From the NCBI RefSeq assembly GCF_030144855.1, contig NC_082736.1:9300001-9364000 (forward strand): 64,000 bases of DNA, given 5' to 3'. Position 1 is the stretch's first letter. Each line of letters starts with the position of its first letter. Position numbers and translations under genes: made by a program. Shown piece after piece: positions 1 to 12,379 of this stretch. A model generated the notes under the pieces. That model was given only the letters and a program-made list of their open reading frames with translations. It made no database searches and was not told where the DNA came from. This DNA is from Hypanus sabinus (taxonomy: Eukaryota).

Positions 1-182
1 GAAGAGTGGAACAAGTCCAGGCGCCTGTGCAGTTAATGTTTAATTTTGACACCTCCATCGGTGCTTGGGTCCTGGAGTCCTGCCACTGAGAGTCCGGTGG
101 GTTCTCGCTCAGCACACGTAGAGCAGTGGTTCAGGAATTAGGCCCGGCTTCGCCTTGTCCAGGACAATTGGAAAACAGCAAA

Positions 183-227
183 TTACCTGATGCTGAGGCT
201 TACAACGGGATTCTGGGGATTGTAGTC
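183..227 (-). promoter_or_regulatory. ZNF143/Staf (ACTACA-SBS) promoter motif followed by a candidate splice donor
   Basis: Minus strand reads GACTACAATCCCCAGAATCC (227-208), close to the ACTACAnnTCCCAGnATGC consensus; CAG|GTAATT donor-like site at 189-181. Confidence 0.55.
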
Positions 228-679
228 ACGATGTGAAGTAATCCTGCGCCGATAATTGAGTTTCCCTCCCTCCAAATGCCCGCATGTCGGTCAAGGTGAA
301 AAGTCACTGAGCAAAATATGAATATTTTCCCCTCCAATGATGCTGTTGTGTCTGCTGAGTGGATACAATTTCTGATTCTGATACAGATTCTGCTTTGAGT
401 TCAGGATCAGCTCTGTTTCTTTGATTCCGGATCTCTGCTGCCTCTGTCACACGTGGAGAACATAGTAATTACGAATGGTTAAGGTGATTGACTGGAAATC
501 TATTGGGTTGTCTCCGTGTAGGTTAAAAATCCTGTGCACTGTAATGCATGGTGGAGCGCACTCGAAAGGCCGAATCACCCACTCCAACTTTTGTGTCCTG
601 TGTTTCAACTTCCAGCCTTTGTGATTTGCTACTGATTTGCTACTAAGGATGAAGTTATGTAGTAACATAGTTCACGATC

Positions 680-1425
680 GGACAAAGTCAGCATGCGAAA
701 TCTTGTGATAGGAACCTGCTGGAATTCTTTAAGGAGATTGCACTTATGATAGGTAAAGGGGATCTAGTGGATGCTGTATATTTGTACTTTCAGAAAGACT
801 TTGAGAAGGTGCCACACATGAGGCTGCTTACCAAGTGAAGAGCCCATGGTATTAATGGTAAGCAACTGGGACAGTTAGAGCACTGGCTGATTGGTAGGCG
901 CCAGCAAGTAGGGATCAAAGTATCTTTTCATGGTTGGCTGCTACTGACTAGTGATGTTCCACAGGTATCTGTGTTGGGACCTCTTCATTTTATGCTGTAT
1001 ATATAATTAATTTTGATGATGGAATAGATGGCTTTGCTGCAAAGTTCGCAGATGTTATGAAGATTAGTGAAGGGATAAGTAGCGTTGATGCAATACATAG
1101 GTTGCCAAAGGACTTAGACAGATGAGGACTACGGACAAAAGAGTGATACATTAAATACACGTTATAGTAGAAACAAAGGTGGAATATTTTCTAAATGGAG
1201 AGATAAAACAAAATGAGATGCCAAGAGATTTGGGAGCCCTTGTACGGAACATTCTGAAGTTAACTTGCAGGCAGAGCTCGTGGCGTGTAAGACAAATACT
1301 ATTTTGGTATTGATTTCAAGAGGTCCAGAATACAAGATCAGCGATGTGATTCTGAGGCTTTTTCAGGCGCTGGAGATGTTCACATTGAGTATTGCAAACA
1401 GTCTTGGGCTCCTCATCCAAGAAAA
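680..1425 (+). mobile_element. Degenerate CR1 LINE ORF2 (RT) fragment
   Basis: Remnants of LLEFF, VDxVYLDFQKAFDKV, SGVPQGSVLGP and KFADD with many stops and frameshifts. Confidence 0.8.
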
Positions 1426-1434
1426 TATGACCTC

Positions 1435-1690
1435 ACCATTTTCTTTCTTCCATGACCTTCTAGTCCTAACATCAGATTCCCCCTTCTCCAGCCCATATCT
1501 CACTCCATGCACTTTTCCCTCTTTGAAATCTACTCATCTTTTCTTTTTGTCCTGACTTGCCGGATGGTCTCGGCCCGAAACATCAACTGCTTTTTTTTTC
1601 CATGGATGCTGCCTGGCCTGCTGAATTCATCAAGCATTGGTGTGCGTGTCGCTTGGAATTCCAGCATCTGCTGATTCGCTCTTGTTTCTG
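1435..1690 (+). mobile_element. Penelope-like element terminal repeat (pseudo-LTR) fragment
   Basis: GGTCTCGGCCCGAAAC...GATGCTGCCTGGCCTGCTGA...TCCAGCATCTGC, the same tail that follows the GIY-YIG ORF at 39.3 kb. Confidence 0.7.
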
Positions 1691-1769
1691 GAGTCATTGA
1701 AAGCGGCTTCGTGCTGGATGACGGATTCTGGGCCCGGAGCGAATCACTAGCTGACTTAAAACCACGAAA

Positions 1770-4700
1770 CCACAATATATGAAAGCAGGAGTAGATCATT
1801 CGGCCCATCCTGTCTGCTCCCCCATTTAATCATGGCAGATCCAATTCTTCCAGTCATCCCAGGTTTCCTGCCTTCTCCCCTACCCTTTGATGCCCTGGCT
1901 AAGCAAGAACATATCTGTCTCTGCCTTAAATACACCCAATGACTTGGCCTACAGAGCCGTTCGTGGCAACAAATTTCAAAGATTTACCACACTTGAATAA
2001 AGTAATTACACCCCATCACTCTTCTAAATGGATGTTTTTCAATTCTGAAGTCGTGCCCTCTTGTCCGAGATTCCACTACCATGGGGAATAACTCAGCCAT
2101 ATCTCATCTGTTCAAACTTTTTATCATTCAGAATGTTTCTATGAGATACCACCCCTCCCCCATTCATTCTCCTGAACACCAGGGAATACAATCCAAGAGC
2201 TGCAGACATTCCTCAGATGGCAACACTTTCATTCCTGGAATAGATCTCGTGAATCTTCTCTGAACCCTCTCCAATGTCAGTATACCCTGTCTAAAATAAG
2301 GAGCCCAAAACTAAATAGAATATTCTGTGTGGTCTCGCGAGTGGCTTACAGAGACTCAACGATAAATCACTGTTGTTATATTCTATACCTCTACATCCAA
2401 CATCACATTCGCCTTCTTCAAGCTGGAAGTTAACCTTTGGTCAAGTCAAATCAAGTCAAGTCACTTTTATTGTCATTTCGACCATAACTGCTATGTACAA
2501 TACATAGTAAAAATGAGACAGCGTTTTTCAGGACCATGGTGTTACAGTACACAATGAAAAACTAGACTGAAATACGTAAAAAATAAAACAGAGAAAAATA
2601 AACAACAACTACACTAGACTAAAGACCTACCCAGGACAGCATAAAGTGCACAAAAGAATGCAGGCATAACAATACATAATAAACAGGACAATAGGGCAGT
2701 AAGGTGTCAGTCCAGGCTCTGGGTATTGAGGAGTCTGAAAGCTTGGAAGTAGAAACTGTTACATAGTCTGGTCACGAGATCCCGAATGCTTCGGTGCCGT
2801 TTCCTAGACGACAGGAGGGAGAAGGGTTTGTATGAGGGGTATGTGTGGTCCTTCATAATGCTGTTTCCTTTGCGGATGCAGCGTGTGGCGTAAATGTCCG
2901 TGTTGGCTGGAAGAGAGACCCCGATGATCTTCTCAGCTGACCTCACTATCCGCTGCAGGGTCTTGCGATCCGAGATGGTGCAGTGATGCAGCTACTCAGG
3001 ATGCTCTCAATACAACTCCTGTAGAAAGTGATGAGAATGGGGTGTGGGAGATGGACTTTCCTCAGCCTTCGCAGAAAGTTGAAAAGCCGTTGGGCTTTCT
3101 TTGCTATGGAGCTAGTGTTGAGGGTCCAGGTGAGATTCTCCACGGGGTGAACACCAAGATTTTGGTGCTCTTAACGATCTCTACCGAGGAGCTGTCGATG
3201 TTCAGCGGGCAGTGGTCGCTCAGTGCTCTCCTGAAGTCAACAACCATCTCTTTTGTTTTGTGCACATTCAGAGACAGGTTGTTTGCTCTGCACCAGTCCG
3301 TTAGCCGCTGCACCTCCTCTCTGTAAGCTGACTCGTTGTTCTTGCTGAAGAGACCCACCACAGTCGTGTCATCGGCGAACTTAATGATGTGCTTCGAGCT
3401 GTGTGTTGCAGCACAGTCGTGGGTCAGCAGAGTAAACAGCAGTGGACGGAGCACACAGATCTGGGGGGCCCCGTGCTCAATGTGATGGTGTTGGAGATGC
3501 TGCTCCTGATCCGGACTGACTGAGGTTTTCCAGTCAGGAAGTCTAGGATCCAGTTGCAGAGGGAGGTGTTCAGGCCCTGTAGGCTCAGCTTTCCAGTTTC
3601 TGAGGGATGATTGTGTTCAATGCTGAAGTCTATGAACAGCATCCGAACATATGTGTCCTTTTTGTCCAGGTGGGTTGGGGCCAGGTGGAGAGTGATTGGC
3701 AATGTCATCGTCTGTTGAGTGGTTGGGACGGTACGCAAACTGTAGGGTCCTGATATGCTTCATGGCGAGCCTTTCGAAGCACGTCATGATGGTGGATGTG
3801 ATTACAACGGGACGGTAGTCACTTAGGGATTACTCTGAAGACTTCTTCCGCACGGGGACGATGGTGACCGCAGGGTATCCTGGACAAGGGCTCCCGATTC
3901 TCTGTGCATCTCGGCGTCTTTGAATTATCTTACCAGCTAAATAGTATTCTGTCCGTTTAATTTTTTCCCCCAAAGTGCATGAACATACACTTTCCAACAT
4001 GGTATTTATTTGCCAGTTCTTTGCCCATTCCTTTAAATTATCTCTCTGAAGGGTCTCTGTTTCCTCAACACCACCCGCTCCTCCACCTATCTTTGTATTA
4101 TCGGCAGATTTAGCCATTAATTGATTAATCCCATAGTCCAAGTCATTGACACACATCATAAGAATACATTCCGGCAGCCAGCCAGAATAGTAGACATTTA
4201 TTCCACTCTCTGCTTTCTGCCGATCAAGCAATGCTCCACCCACGCTACTAACCTGCCTGTTATTCCAGAGCTCTTATCTCTCTAAACAGTCTCCTGTGTA
4301 GCACCTGGTCAAATGCCTTCTGAAAATCCAAGGGCACCACATCCACTGCATCCCCTTTGTTACCCTGCTTGTAATTTCCTCGAAGAATTGCAGTAAGTTA
4401 GCCAGGCAGTATATTCCTTTCATGAAGCCATGCTGGCTTTGGCCTATCTTGTCATGTTTCTCCAGCTACTCTGTAACATCAACCCTAACTATCGACTCCA
4501 ACAACTTTCCAAACACTGATGTCAGGCAAACTGGTCTCAATCTTCCTTTCTGCTGCCTCGTGCCCTTCTTAAATAGCACAGTAACATTTGCAATTTTTCA
4601 GTCATCCGGTATAATGCCAGAATTGATCAATTCTTGATTGGTCATTGTTAATACCTCCACAATCTCTCCAGCTACTTCCTTCAGAACCCGAGGTTGCATT

Positions 4701-5035
4701 CCATCAAGTCGAGGAGATTCATCCACCATCAGACCATTAAGCATACTGAGCACCTTCTCGGTCGTAATTTCCACTACACATACTTCACTTCCCTGAAACT
4801 CTGGAATGGCCGGTAAACTGCAGCTGACTTCCACTGTGAAGACTGATGCAAAATACGCATTCGGTTCCTCTGCCATCTCTGCGTCTCACATTAATATATC
4901 TCCAGCGTCATTTTGTATTGGTCCTATATCTACCCTCAACTCTCTTTTACCGTTTTTATTCTTAAAAAAAGCTTTCAGTGTCTTCTTTGAAATTAGTAAC
5001 CAGCTTCCTTTCATAATTCACCTTGATTTTGCTTT
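1770..5035 (-). mobile_element. CR1 LINE 3' half, interrupted by a Rex1 insertion at 2441-3870
   Basis: ORF pieces MAEEPNAYFASVFTVE..SPRLDGMQPRVLKEVA and DYGINQLMAKSADNTKIGG; CR1 3' tail near 1780; CR1 sequence resumes on the far side of the insert. Confidence 0.85.
2441..3870 (-). mobile_element. Rex1/Babar-type LINE, 5'-truncated
   Basis: [57 protein letters not shown]; (CTTGA)n tail at 2441-2462. Confidence 0.85.
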
Positions 5036-6483
5036 CCTATTGAGTCATACATTTTCAGAATTAGCTCCGACTCCTGATCTTGTGGCTCAGTGAGCATGTA
5101 AAGGAATGAGATTATACCAGAGAGTATCAGCCGACACTGATTAAGCTCTCCTGACTGGACACACGTTATGTACGTTGCCACATCCCTCTGTTTGAAAAAG
5201 ATATCCTTCCTCAGACTGGCAGGAGAGTGGGGTTTCTTGGATTTACCTTTCTCAGGCGATGATAGAGACACAATCTATTCAGGAGGGAGGTTTCGAAGAT
5301 TTAATGTACATTTCTTATCAACGAATTTATAAATTACGCTCCTTGTGATTTGTCTGCTTATGGGCACTTGCAATGCAAGAACCTGCAAGAACCCATTTAT
5401 ATTAAAAACAACAAAAGTCACTGTACAGAGAAAGAGAGAGAAAGGAAAAACACATCCCGCAAAGAATAGAATCGAGCCAAAAGCATCCTTTATCTGACTG
5501 AGTAACACATATGTTCCCGCAGCACCCGGAGCAGGCCCAAAGCCTAGGTCAACAGTTTTCACACTAGCAGTGCAGAAAAGCACAGCAGCCGTTATGTTAT
5601 TTATTCAATTACATTAACGGAGCCGAGAAGTTCACGAGGTGTAGGGATTGAATAAATTATCACAACTAGGTGAGAGTGAAGTTTTGGAAAGGTGCAAAAT
5701 ACGCCATCAGAGGAAATTAGTGTCATTCGGGTCATCTGGCCTGCAGCTCAGCCGCTGTCCTTTGTTAGACTTGTTAATGTTTATCTGGAAGAACAGCCCG
5801 GTGGTAAAAGAGAGACAGCGGAAGATAAACAATATGTGACAGCAGGGTCTCCGAAAATGGGTTTATAAAATAATTTCAAACACATTCATTGCTGACGTGA
5901 CGCAATAGAGGCCTCCGAATGAGTCGAAACACAGAAATAATAACAAGATGCTGCGGGAGACGGCAATACGGAAAGAAAAGCAGAGGGACACGGGCAGAGG
6001 AGGTGTGAGATAAATCAACAAAGAGCGGTCAGTAAGGGAAACGATGAGATGTCAGTAAAGGTATCGACAGATAAAAAGATGAAAGGAAAGAATGAGCAAC
6101 GTTCACAGCGGAGCAGCGCAACACCAAGTTCAGCCGCGAGCCGAGTGGCGCAGCGGGAGAGGGCTGGGCCCAGGGTCACCCGTTCGGTCGCGGGATTGAC
6201 GATTGTTTCCAAGGAGCGCTCTGGAGGTGTAAGAGGTCAAATTAAATTAACGGACCCTATCAGGACAGTAGAAAACTGTCCTGACGTGTGTAAACTTAGG
6301 GAGCATCAGATGAAGAACTTCATGCGGATGGTGTTTGGAAACTGGAACCCATGCTGAGTGGCTGGTGGAGGCAGGTACACTCACAATATTAGAGAATTGT
6401 CCGGACGAGCACTGGGATCCTCAAGACACTGGAGGCAATAGCTGGTAAGCGAGCTCTTTTCTGGTGTGATCGGTAGTTGATTG

Positions 6484-7295
6484 TGTTACGCCCGTTGACC
6501 CCTCCTTTTTGAGAATCGCAGGATCGCTATTGATTCGGGTCAGGAGACCCAGGAAATGAAAGAGGGACACGCAGATTCCTCAATGTTTGGAATGTGTCCT
6601 GGGCCTCCGAAAGACAAAGCCACGGTTAACGGCCATTATCTCTTGGTGACGGAATTGTGTATTGAATACTATACGATTCAACGAAGCCCCCAGGCAATGA
6701 ACCGAGGGTAGTTGGTGGAGGGATTGCATCATCCCAACCTGATTGACATCTGAGACCCTGTGAGTCAGGATAAAACAGAGTCTGGGGAACAGCCCCTTCA
6801 GACGCATCAGAAGAAATGCTAGATCTCTTGTAACAGCGTAATAGCGAAAGCCGGTGGAAAAGCCCAGGTGCGTCCTTTTCCATTTGCCTCGGAATTGGTG
6901 GGTCTTTACCATGGAAGCACCTCTTTAGTTAACAACAAAGTGGAAATCAGCCCCCAACGACTCTCGAAGGATTGACATCATAAAAGGTATCGGCAAGTTA
7001 AACATCAGTTTTTCTCTCCAACCCAAAAGCTGCAGCTTGAATGAACTTGAGTGACTTTTATATTTCCATCGGACTATACATTATCCCCTAGACAACGATA
7101 GAGCTATTTCTTATTGATTATTATTATTATACCTGCGCTTTTAGATTTAATATTGACAACGTATGTTATCTGTATTTTTGCATTGATATTATGTTTGTGC
7201 ATTTTATCAATAAGTACTGTTAAAAGAGTATCATTAGACTTCAACGGACCTCTCTATGTTTGCTGGTAAGGGACCCTGTTACGGGGTACGTAAAA
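6484..7295 (+). mobile_element. 5' LTR of Gmr1-like Gypsy element
   Basis: Starts TGTTAC, ends CGTAAAA (degenerate CGTAACA); shares blocks with the solo LTR at 45652-46462; followed by a degenerate tRNA-Pro-like PBS (TGGGGTTCTCGTC, from 7298). Confidence 0.75.
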
Positions 7296-9880
7296 ATTGG
7301 GGTTCTCGTCTCGAGATCTGACATCAGATTGGGAGGCCAGTGGATCGGGCTTGGATCTGGCATTAGGGTTCTGGCAGACGGGAATCCAGCAAAGATGGAC
7401 GTGGATGAAATTATAGAAAACCCGACCCTGGAGGCGCTAGAGGCGGCCACCAAATCGGACTTGATAAGTCTGGCAAAAGGCCTAAACCTCGCAGAGGTGA
7501 GGTCGTCCATGAAAAAGCGGGAGGTGCGAAGGGCAATAACTCAGTATTATATTTGGAAGAATGTGTTTGCAGCTGAGGTATTGGAAAATATCCTTGAAAA
7601 GGCACCAGCCAGTGGGATGGCTCAGTTAGATTTGGAGAAATTAAGGTTGGAACATGCAATTAAGTTAAAGCAGCTGGAAGCAGCTGAGAAAGAGAAAGAA
7701 AGAGCCGAGATAGAGAGAGAGAAAAAAAGAAAGGGCAGAGAGAGAAAGGGAGCATGCACTCCAGCTAAAGGAGTTAGAGGTGAAACAGGACCAGGAAAGA
7801 GCTGAGAAACAAAGAGAGCATGAAATTCAATTGAAACATCTGGAAGCAGCTGAGAAAGAGAAGCAGAGAGCCGAGAAGGAGAGAGAGTATGGGGAGGCAG
7901 AGAAACAGAGGAAACATGACTTGGAGATGGAGAAGTTAAGGCAAGAGCGAAGAGATCAATGGTCAGACCGAGAGGAGCGGTTTAATGTTAGTCGGGAGTT
8001 GAGGTTAGTACCTCCGTTCGAGGAGACGGATGTTGATAGTTATTTCTTTTTTTTTTGAAAAGATGGCAGTGAATCAGAAGTGGCCCAGAGCAGTGGGTGG
8101 CGTTGTTACAAAGTGTGTGAAAAGGGAAGTCACAACGAGCATATACGGCGTTGTCCATGGAGGAGGAAGAGGAGGAGAGTGATGACAAAGTATAAGCCGC
8201 CAATCTCCAGAGTTATGAGTTAGTACCGGAAGCGTATAGACAAAAGTTCAGAAATTTAAAGAAAGGCTGGAATCAGACGTATATCGTGTTTGCCTATGAG
8301 AAGGGGGGGGGGGGGGGGGGCGGGGCTTGGACCGTTGGTGTACAGCAGAAATAGTGGACGAGGATTATTGTCATCTCAGGGAGATAATTCTGATTGAGGA
8401 ATTTAAAGGTTGTGTTTCCGAGGATATCCGGATGTATTTGAATGAGAAGCCGAATAAGTCCATCTCAGACTTTGCTAGGTTCGCAGATGGATATGCCCTA
8501 ACCCACAAGACAAAGCTTTCCTCGAATAAAAGTTACCAGAGAGACCGTGGGAAAGATAGAGAGAGCCCGCCGGCTGAGGCAGAGGTCGCACTGGGAGCTA
8601 GTGGTAAGATTGAGGGTGAAAGGCAAGACGGCCAGAGATTTCCGGGCTTGACCTGTTTTAATTGTGGAAAGGGGGGAGATATTGCATCTAGGTGCTTTGT
8701 TTCGAGGAAGGAGACAGGAAAAGGGAAGGCCGCGGTTCCTATCGGATGTGCCATGGTAATCAGTAAATCAACAAGAGAGCCCCGGGTAGACAGAGTACGA
8801 GAACGGTCTGAGACTTGTATGTCAAACGGAACCGTGTCTGTGAGGGAGATAAACCAGTTCCAGTGCGGATCTGGAGAGACACGGGGCTGAGCTATCATTG
8901 ATCAGCAGTAAGTTACTAGATTTTGGTCGCAAGACGGGAATGGTAGCTGTGAAAGGAATAGGCAAAGGGACGGAAATGATGATCTTGCATAGGGTCATTA
9001 TGAATTTTGAGCTAGTCTCTGGACAAGCTGAAATGGGGGTGCGATCAGAATTCCCGAGAACTGACGCGGACGTCCTTCTGGGTAATGATTTAGCCGGTGG
9101 TAAGGTTTGGGCAGCAATGACGCTGGCAAAACAGCCTGTGAGTGTTGAGGCTCCGCCCCTAGATTCCAAGATGTATCCCGCATGCGTGGTCAGTCGCAAC
9201 TTGTCGAGAAAGGCAGCTGAGACACAGAGCAGTTTAAATCTGGCCAGTATCGATTTGGCCGAGACGTTTTTACCGACCCTGTACCAGGAGGGTGGGAAAA
9301 CAGAGAATAGGAAAATGAAAGAGTGTAAGGGAAAGGGGGTAGACCTGCCCTTAGCGAGGAGAAAAATTCTAGAGGCACGAAATAAAGATGAGAAACAGAT
9401 AGAGGTTTTAAAATATCCAGAGTTGGACATGGATGATCTGTCTGGTTTGGCAGAACTGTTTGAAGAAGTTGAACATTCTAAAGGTGTTCCCGATAATGAA
9501 ATGAGGGCAGACGTAGATGAAAAGGATGGAATTACCTTGAAGAAGTCTACTGGGTTGACAGATGAGGTTGTTTCAGACCGCAGGGTTGAGATTATTCCGA
9601 AAGGTTGCCCAGAGAGTAGCTGGGAGAATCAGGGGAATTTCGAATTTGGACCGGGTACGGGTATTGAAAGCCTGGAAGAGGCCAATGTCCCGTTTGAGTG
9701 TGCCCAAGATGTGGATGCACGTGCTGCTGAATCAAGTAATGGAGCTCAGAAAAAGTCTGTGGTATTTGATTCAGTGGAAAAGGAATGCAGTCCTTGTGGG
9801 TTAGATAGACTTGGTTCAGTGAAGAAAGGGTTAACCTTGGTAATAGTGGGAACCCTCGCATCTGAAAGACTGCTGGAAGA
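7296..9880 (+). mobile_element. Gmr1-like Gypsy internal region (gag with SCAN-related capsid, zinc knuckle, protease); no RT/IN; disrupted
   Basis: LVPPFEETDVDSYF, YELVPEAYRQKFR, IILIEEFKGCV, CFNCGKGGDIASRC (H to D), RDTGA protease motif, DVLLGNDLAGGKV; frameshifts at the AG and T runs, plus a long G run. Confidence 0.8.
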
Positions 9881-10178
9881 TAGGAGGCAGCTGTTCTTTG
9901 GGTCATCACTCCACACAGTGCTCCCAGTAAGAAATTTAAACAAGTTTCAACATCAGCTGGAGTATAAACCCCCTTGCCCACTGTACACTGGAGTGACACA
10001 AACATCCTTGCAAGGAATGAGGCTAATCAAGTATTGGCCGCGCCGCATTGTTTGGTTGCTTGTCGTCGTCTATTGCCATTCCTGTTTAAGCCGCCGTTCC
10101 TGGAAACTCCCCCATCCACCCCACCCCACCCCATACCGATTCTATTTACAATTCTCGCATGTTTTCTCGTAGCTCCAC

Positions 10179-10396
10179 TGATTGACAGCTCATTTTCCCC
10201 TCCCAGTCACGTGATTCAATCGTCACGGAACACAACAAACTGGCGTCACATCGTCAACGACGTCGTTTCCCTGGAAACAGTCCAGGGCGGGGACGGGGCG
10301 AAAAGTCCAAGATGTTGGAGTCGGTCTCTATTTGTTGTGGTTTCGGCTCCACTGTGGGAATCGGCCTCTCCTCATCCTGCCCACGGAACAGTGAGT
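10179..10396 (+). promoter_or_regulatory. Orphan Pol II promoter-like module with candidate first exon
   Basis: TGATTGACAG 10179, GTCACGTGA 10206, TGGCGTCA 10241, X-box GTTTCCCTGGAAAC 10265, GC boxes from 10285, GTGAGT donor 10391; CpG-rich. Confidence 0.55.
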
Positions 10397-11383
10397 GGCA
10401 GTCAGCGCCTCACCGCACCGGCTCTCTGCCTCAGGTACAATATTTAAACCATATTTGCACAGTTACATGGATAGGAAAAGTTGAGAGGGACACGGGCCTA
10501 ATGCAGGCGGATGGGGCGAGTTCAGGTCGACAACTTGGTCGGCGTGGATGAGTTTTACCGAAGGGACGGTTTCAGTTCTGTATAAATCACTGACTCTATT
10601 TTGGGAGTTAATTCCGGATTCCAGCTATTCTCTGTGTGAAATAAATACCCTTCAGATCCTCTTTAAATCTGTCTGTGCTGTCTTTACGACAGTTATTTAG
10701 TTTATAATATTTTCGCTTAGTAATTCATTCGATAGTGTTTTCTAGTTAGAATTAGAAGTGTTCAAAGCATATTCATTGCATGTAAAAAATATCGGCATGC
10801 GATGACGTCACATCCGGTTTCGCCGCGACTTGTGGGAAAGTACCGGTTTGAAATTAACGCGAGGGTGGGGGCTCATCACGAGGCACACCTGAGCAGAAGT
10901 TGTTTTGCAGGCATGAGAAATCACAGTGAGAGCAACGCTGTAAGTTAATAGATTATCGATATATTCAACTGATGTTAATGCCGATCCTGTTAGAAGTAAC
11001 GACGGTCGATAATGTTTATGCTTTCGTTAGTTAAAGAGTTGCGGATAGTTTGCATGGAAGTGTATTTAAAGTAGTCAATGGAGCAGGTAAACTCTCCCTG
11101 TATACTGCACCTTAGTGTAATGTAGTTATAGTCACCTTTACAAGTATTTACAATTGAAATGTGATATTAAAAAGGAACAAATACTGTATCAATCTTGTAT
11201 TGTTTTATCAACAGTTTTCACCATATGTTAATGTGAAGAGTGAACAGTAAATGGTTAATCTTACTGCGATCTGGTTCTCATTGACTGTGGTTTATCTCGA
11301 CGTTGAATTCGACGTTATCAGTTACACGCGAAGGAGAACGTTACAGTGAAAAAGCGGCATTATCAGGTGTTTCAAGTGCTGCA

Positions 11384-12247
11384 ATGTCAGCTCGATCCAG
11401 CATCAAGTCGATGGCGCCCAGCGACAAGGGCGGTAAACCGACATCAAGTAAGTCCACCCAGGCAAGAGCCAAGGCAGAAGCCGCCAAGGTGCGACTGCGT
11501 TACGCCAGACAAGAAGCAGTTTTGAAAATGAAACAGGCCACCAGAGAAGCCGAAATCCAGAAAGAAAAGGCTGCCAGAGAAGCCGAAAGGGCCACCCGAG
11601 AAGCCGAAATCCAGAAAAAAAAGGCTGCCAGAGAAGCCGAAAGGGCCGCCAGAGAAGCCAAAATCCAGAAAGAAAAGGCTGCCAGAGAAGCCGAAAGGGC
11701 CGCCAGAGAAGCCGAAACCCAGTTGGAAATGGCAAAAATATCGACAGAGTTGCAAGTGCTGCAGCTAGAAAGGGAAGAAGAAGCTGCCATGGCGGAAGCA
11801 GAGTACATAGAAGAACCTGAAGGGTCGCATGATCTGACCGAAGTAACATCTACTTTAGACAGGACCAGACTGGAACGCACAAGCGACTATGTACAATATC
11901 AAATAGATAGGCAGGCTCGTCTCCCCTCTCCATACGTATTCGATAACTTCCCCAGCTACGAGGAACCTCAGAGAGTCACGATTGCATCACATCCATACGA
12001 GGAAGAAAATTTACCCTCGCGGCTTCGTGATGAAGTCAAGAATGAAAGAACCGACAACGCTCCTTCACCCCCACAACAGGACGGCGGGGAGGGAGAGGCT
12101 CACTCCAGGACAACAATTGTCAGCTCGAACTGTACAGAAGTTTGCGGTCAAACTCAGTCAAGCCGTTCTTGTTCCAAGATCTGCCTCACTAAGGTGTACC
12201 CTAAAGAAGCACAACAAGACATTACCAAGCGTAAAGTAACCGACTAG
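11384..12247 (+). CDS. BEL element ORF1: Gag N-terminal coiled-coil region fused to a protease-region remnant
   Basis: ATG at 11384 just downstream of the 5' LTR; charged helical repeats, then CTEVCG..SCSKICL..VYP. Confidence 0.6.
   Translation: MSARSSIKSMAPSDKGGKPTSSKSTQARAKAEAAKVRLRYARQEAVLKMKQATREAEIQKEKAAREAERATREAEIQKKKAAREAERAAREAKIQKEKAAREAERAAREAETQLEMAKISTELQVLQLEREEEAAMAEAEYIEEPEGSHDLTEVTSTLDRTRLERTSDYVQYQIDRQARLPSPYVFDNFPSYEEPQRVTIASHPYEEENLPSRLRDEVKNERTDNAPSPPQQDGGEGEAHSRTTIVSSNCTEVCGQTQSSRSCSKICLTKVYPKEAQQDITKRKVTD
11538..11718 (+). repeat. In-frame 54-bp tandem repeat (33+21 bp subunits), about 3.3 copies
   Basis: Encodes (AREAEIQKEKA-AREAERA)n. Confidence 0.85.
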
Positions 12248-12379
12248 ACGCTAGGTCAGTCAGTTTTCGTTCAAACCGAGCACGGAAACAAACTTGCACA
12301 ATCAGCTCAAGATACCATTTCTTTAAAACCCAAAGACACCAAGGTCTTCAGAGATGAAGCAAATAATGGGGTTGCCCCA

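Noticed and set aside
8303-8325. Long G run as a functional G-quadruplex
   Set aside because: Homopolymer expansion inside a dead gag; its length is unreliable in assemblies
9880-10172. C-terminal part of the 424-aa ORF as an env-like or accessory domain
   Set aside because: The frame appears to run past the element's truncation into unrelated DNA; no signal peptide, furin site or clear TM segment
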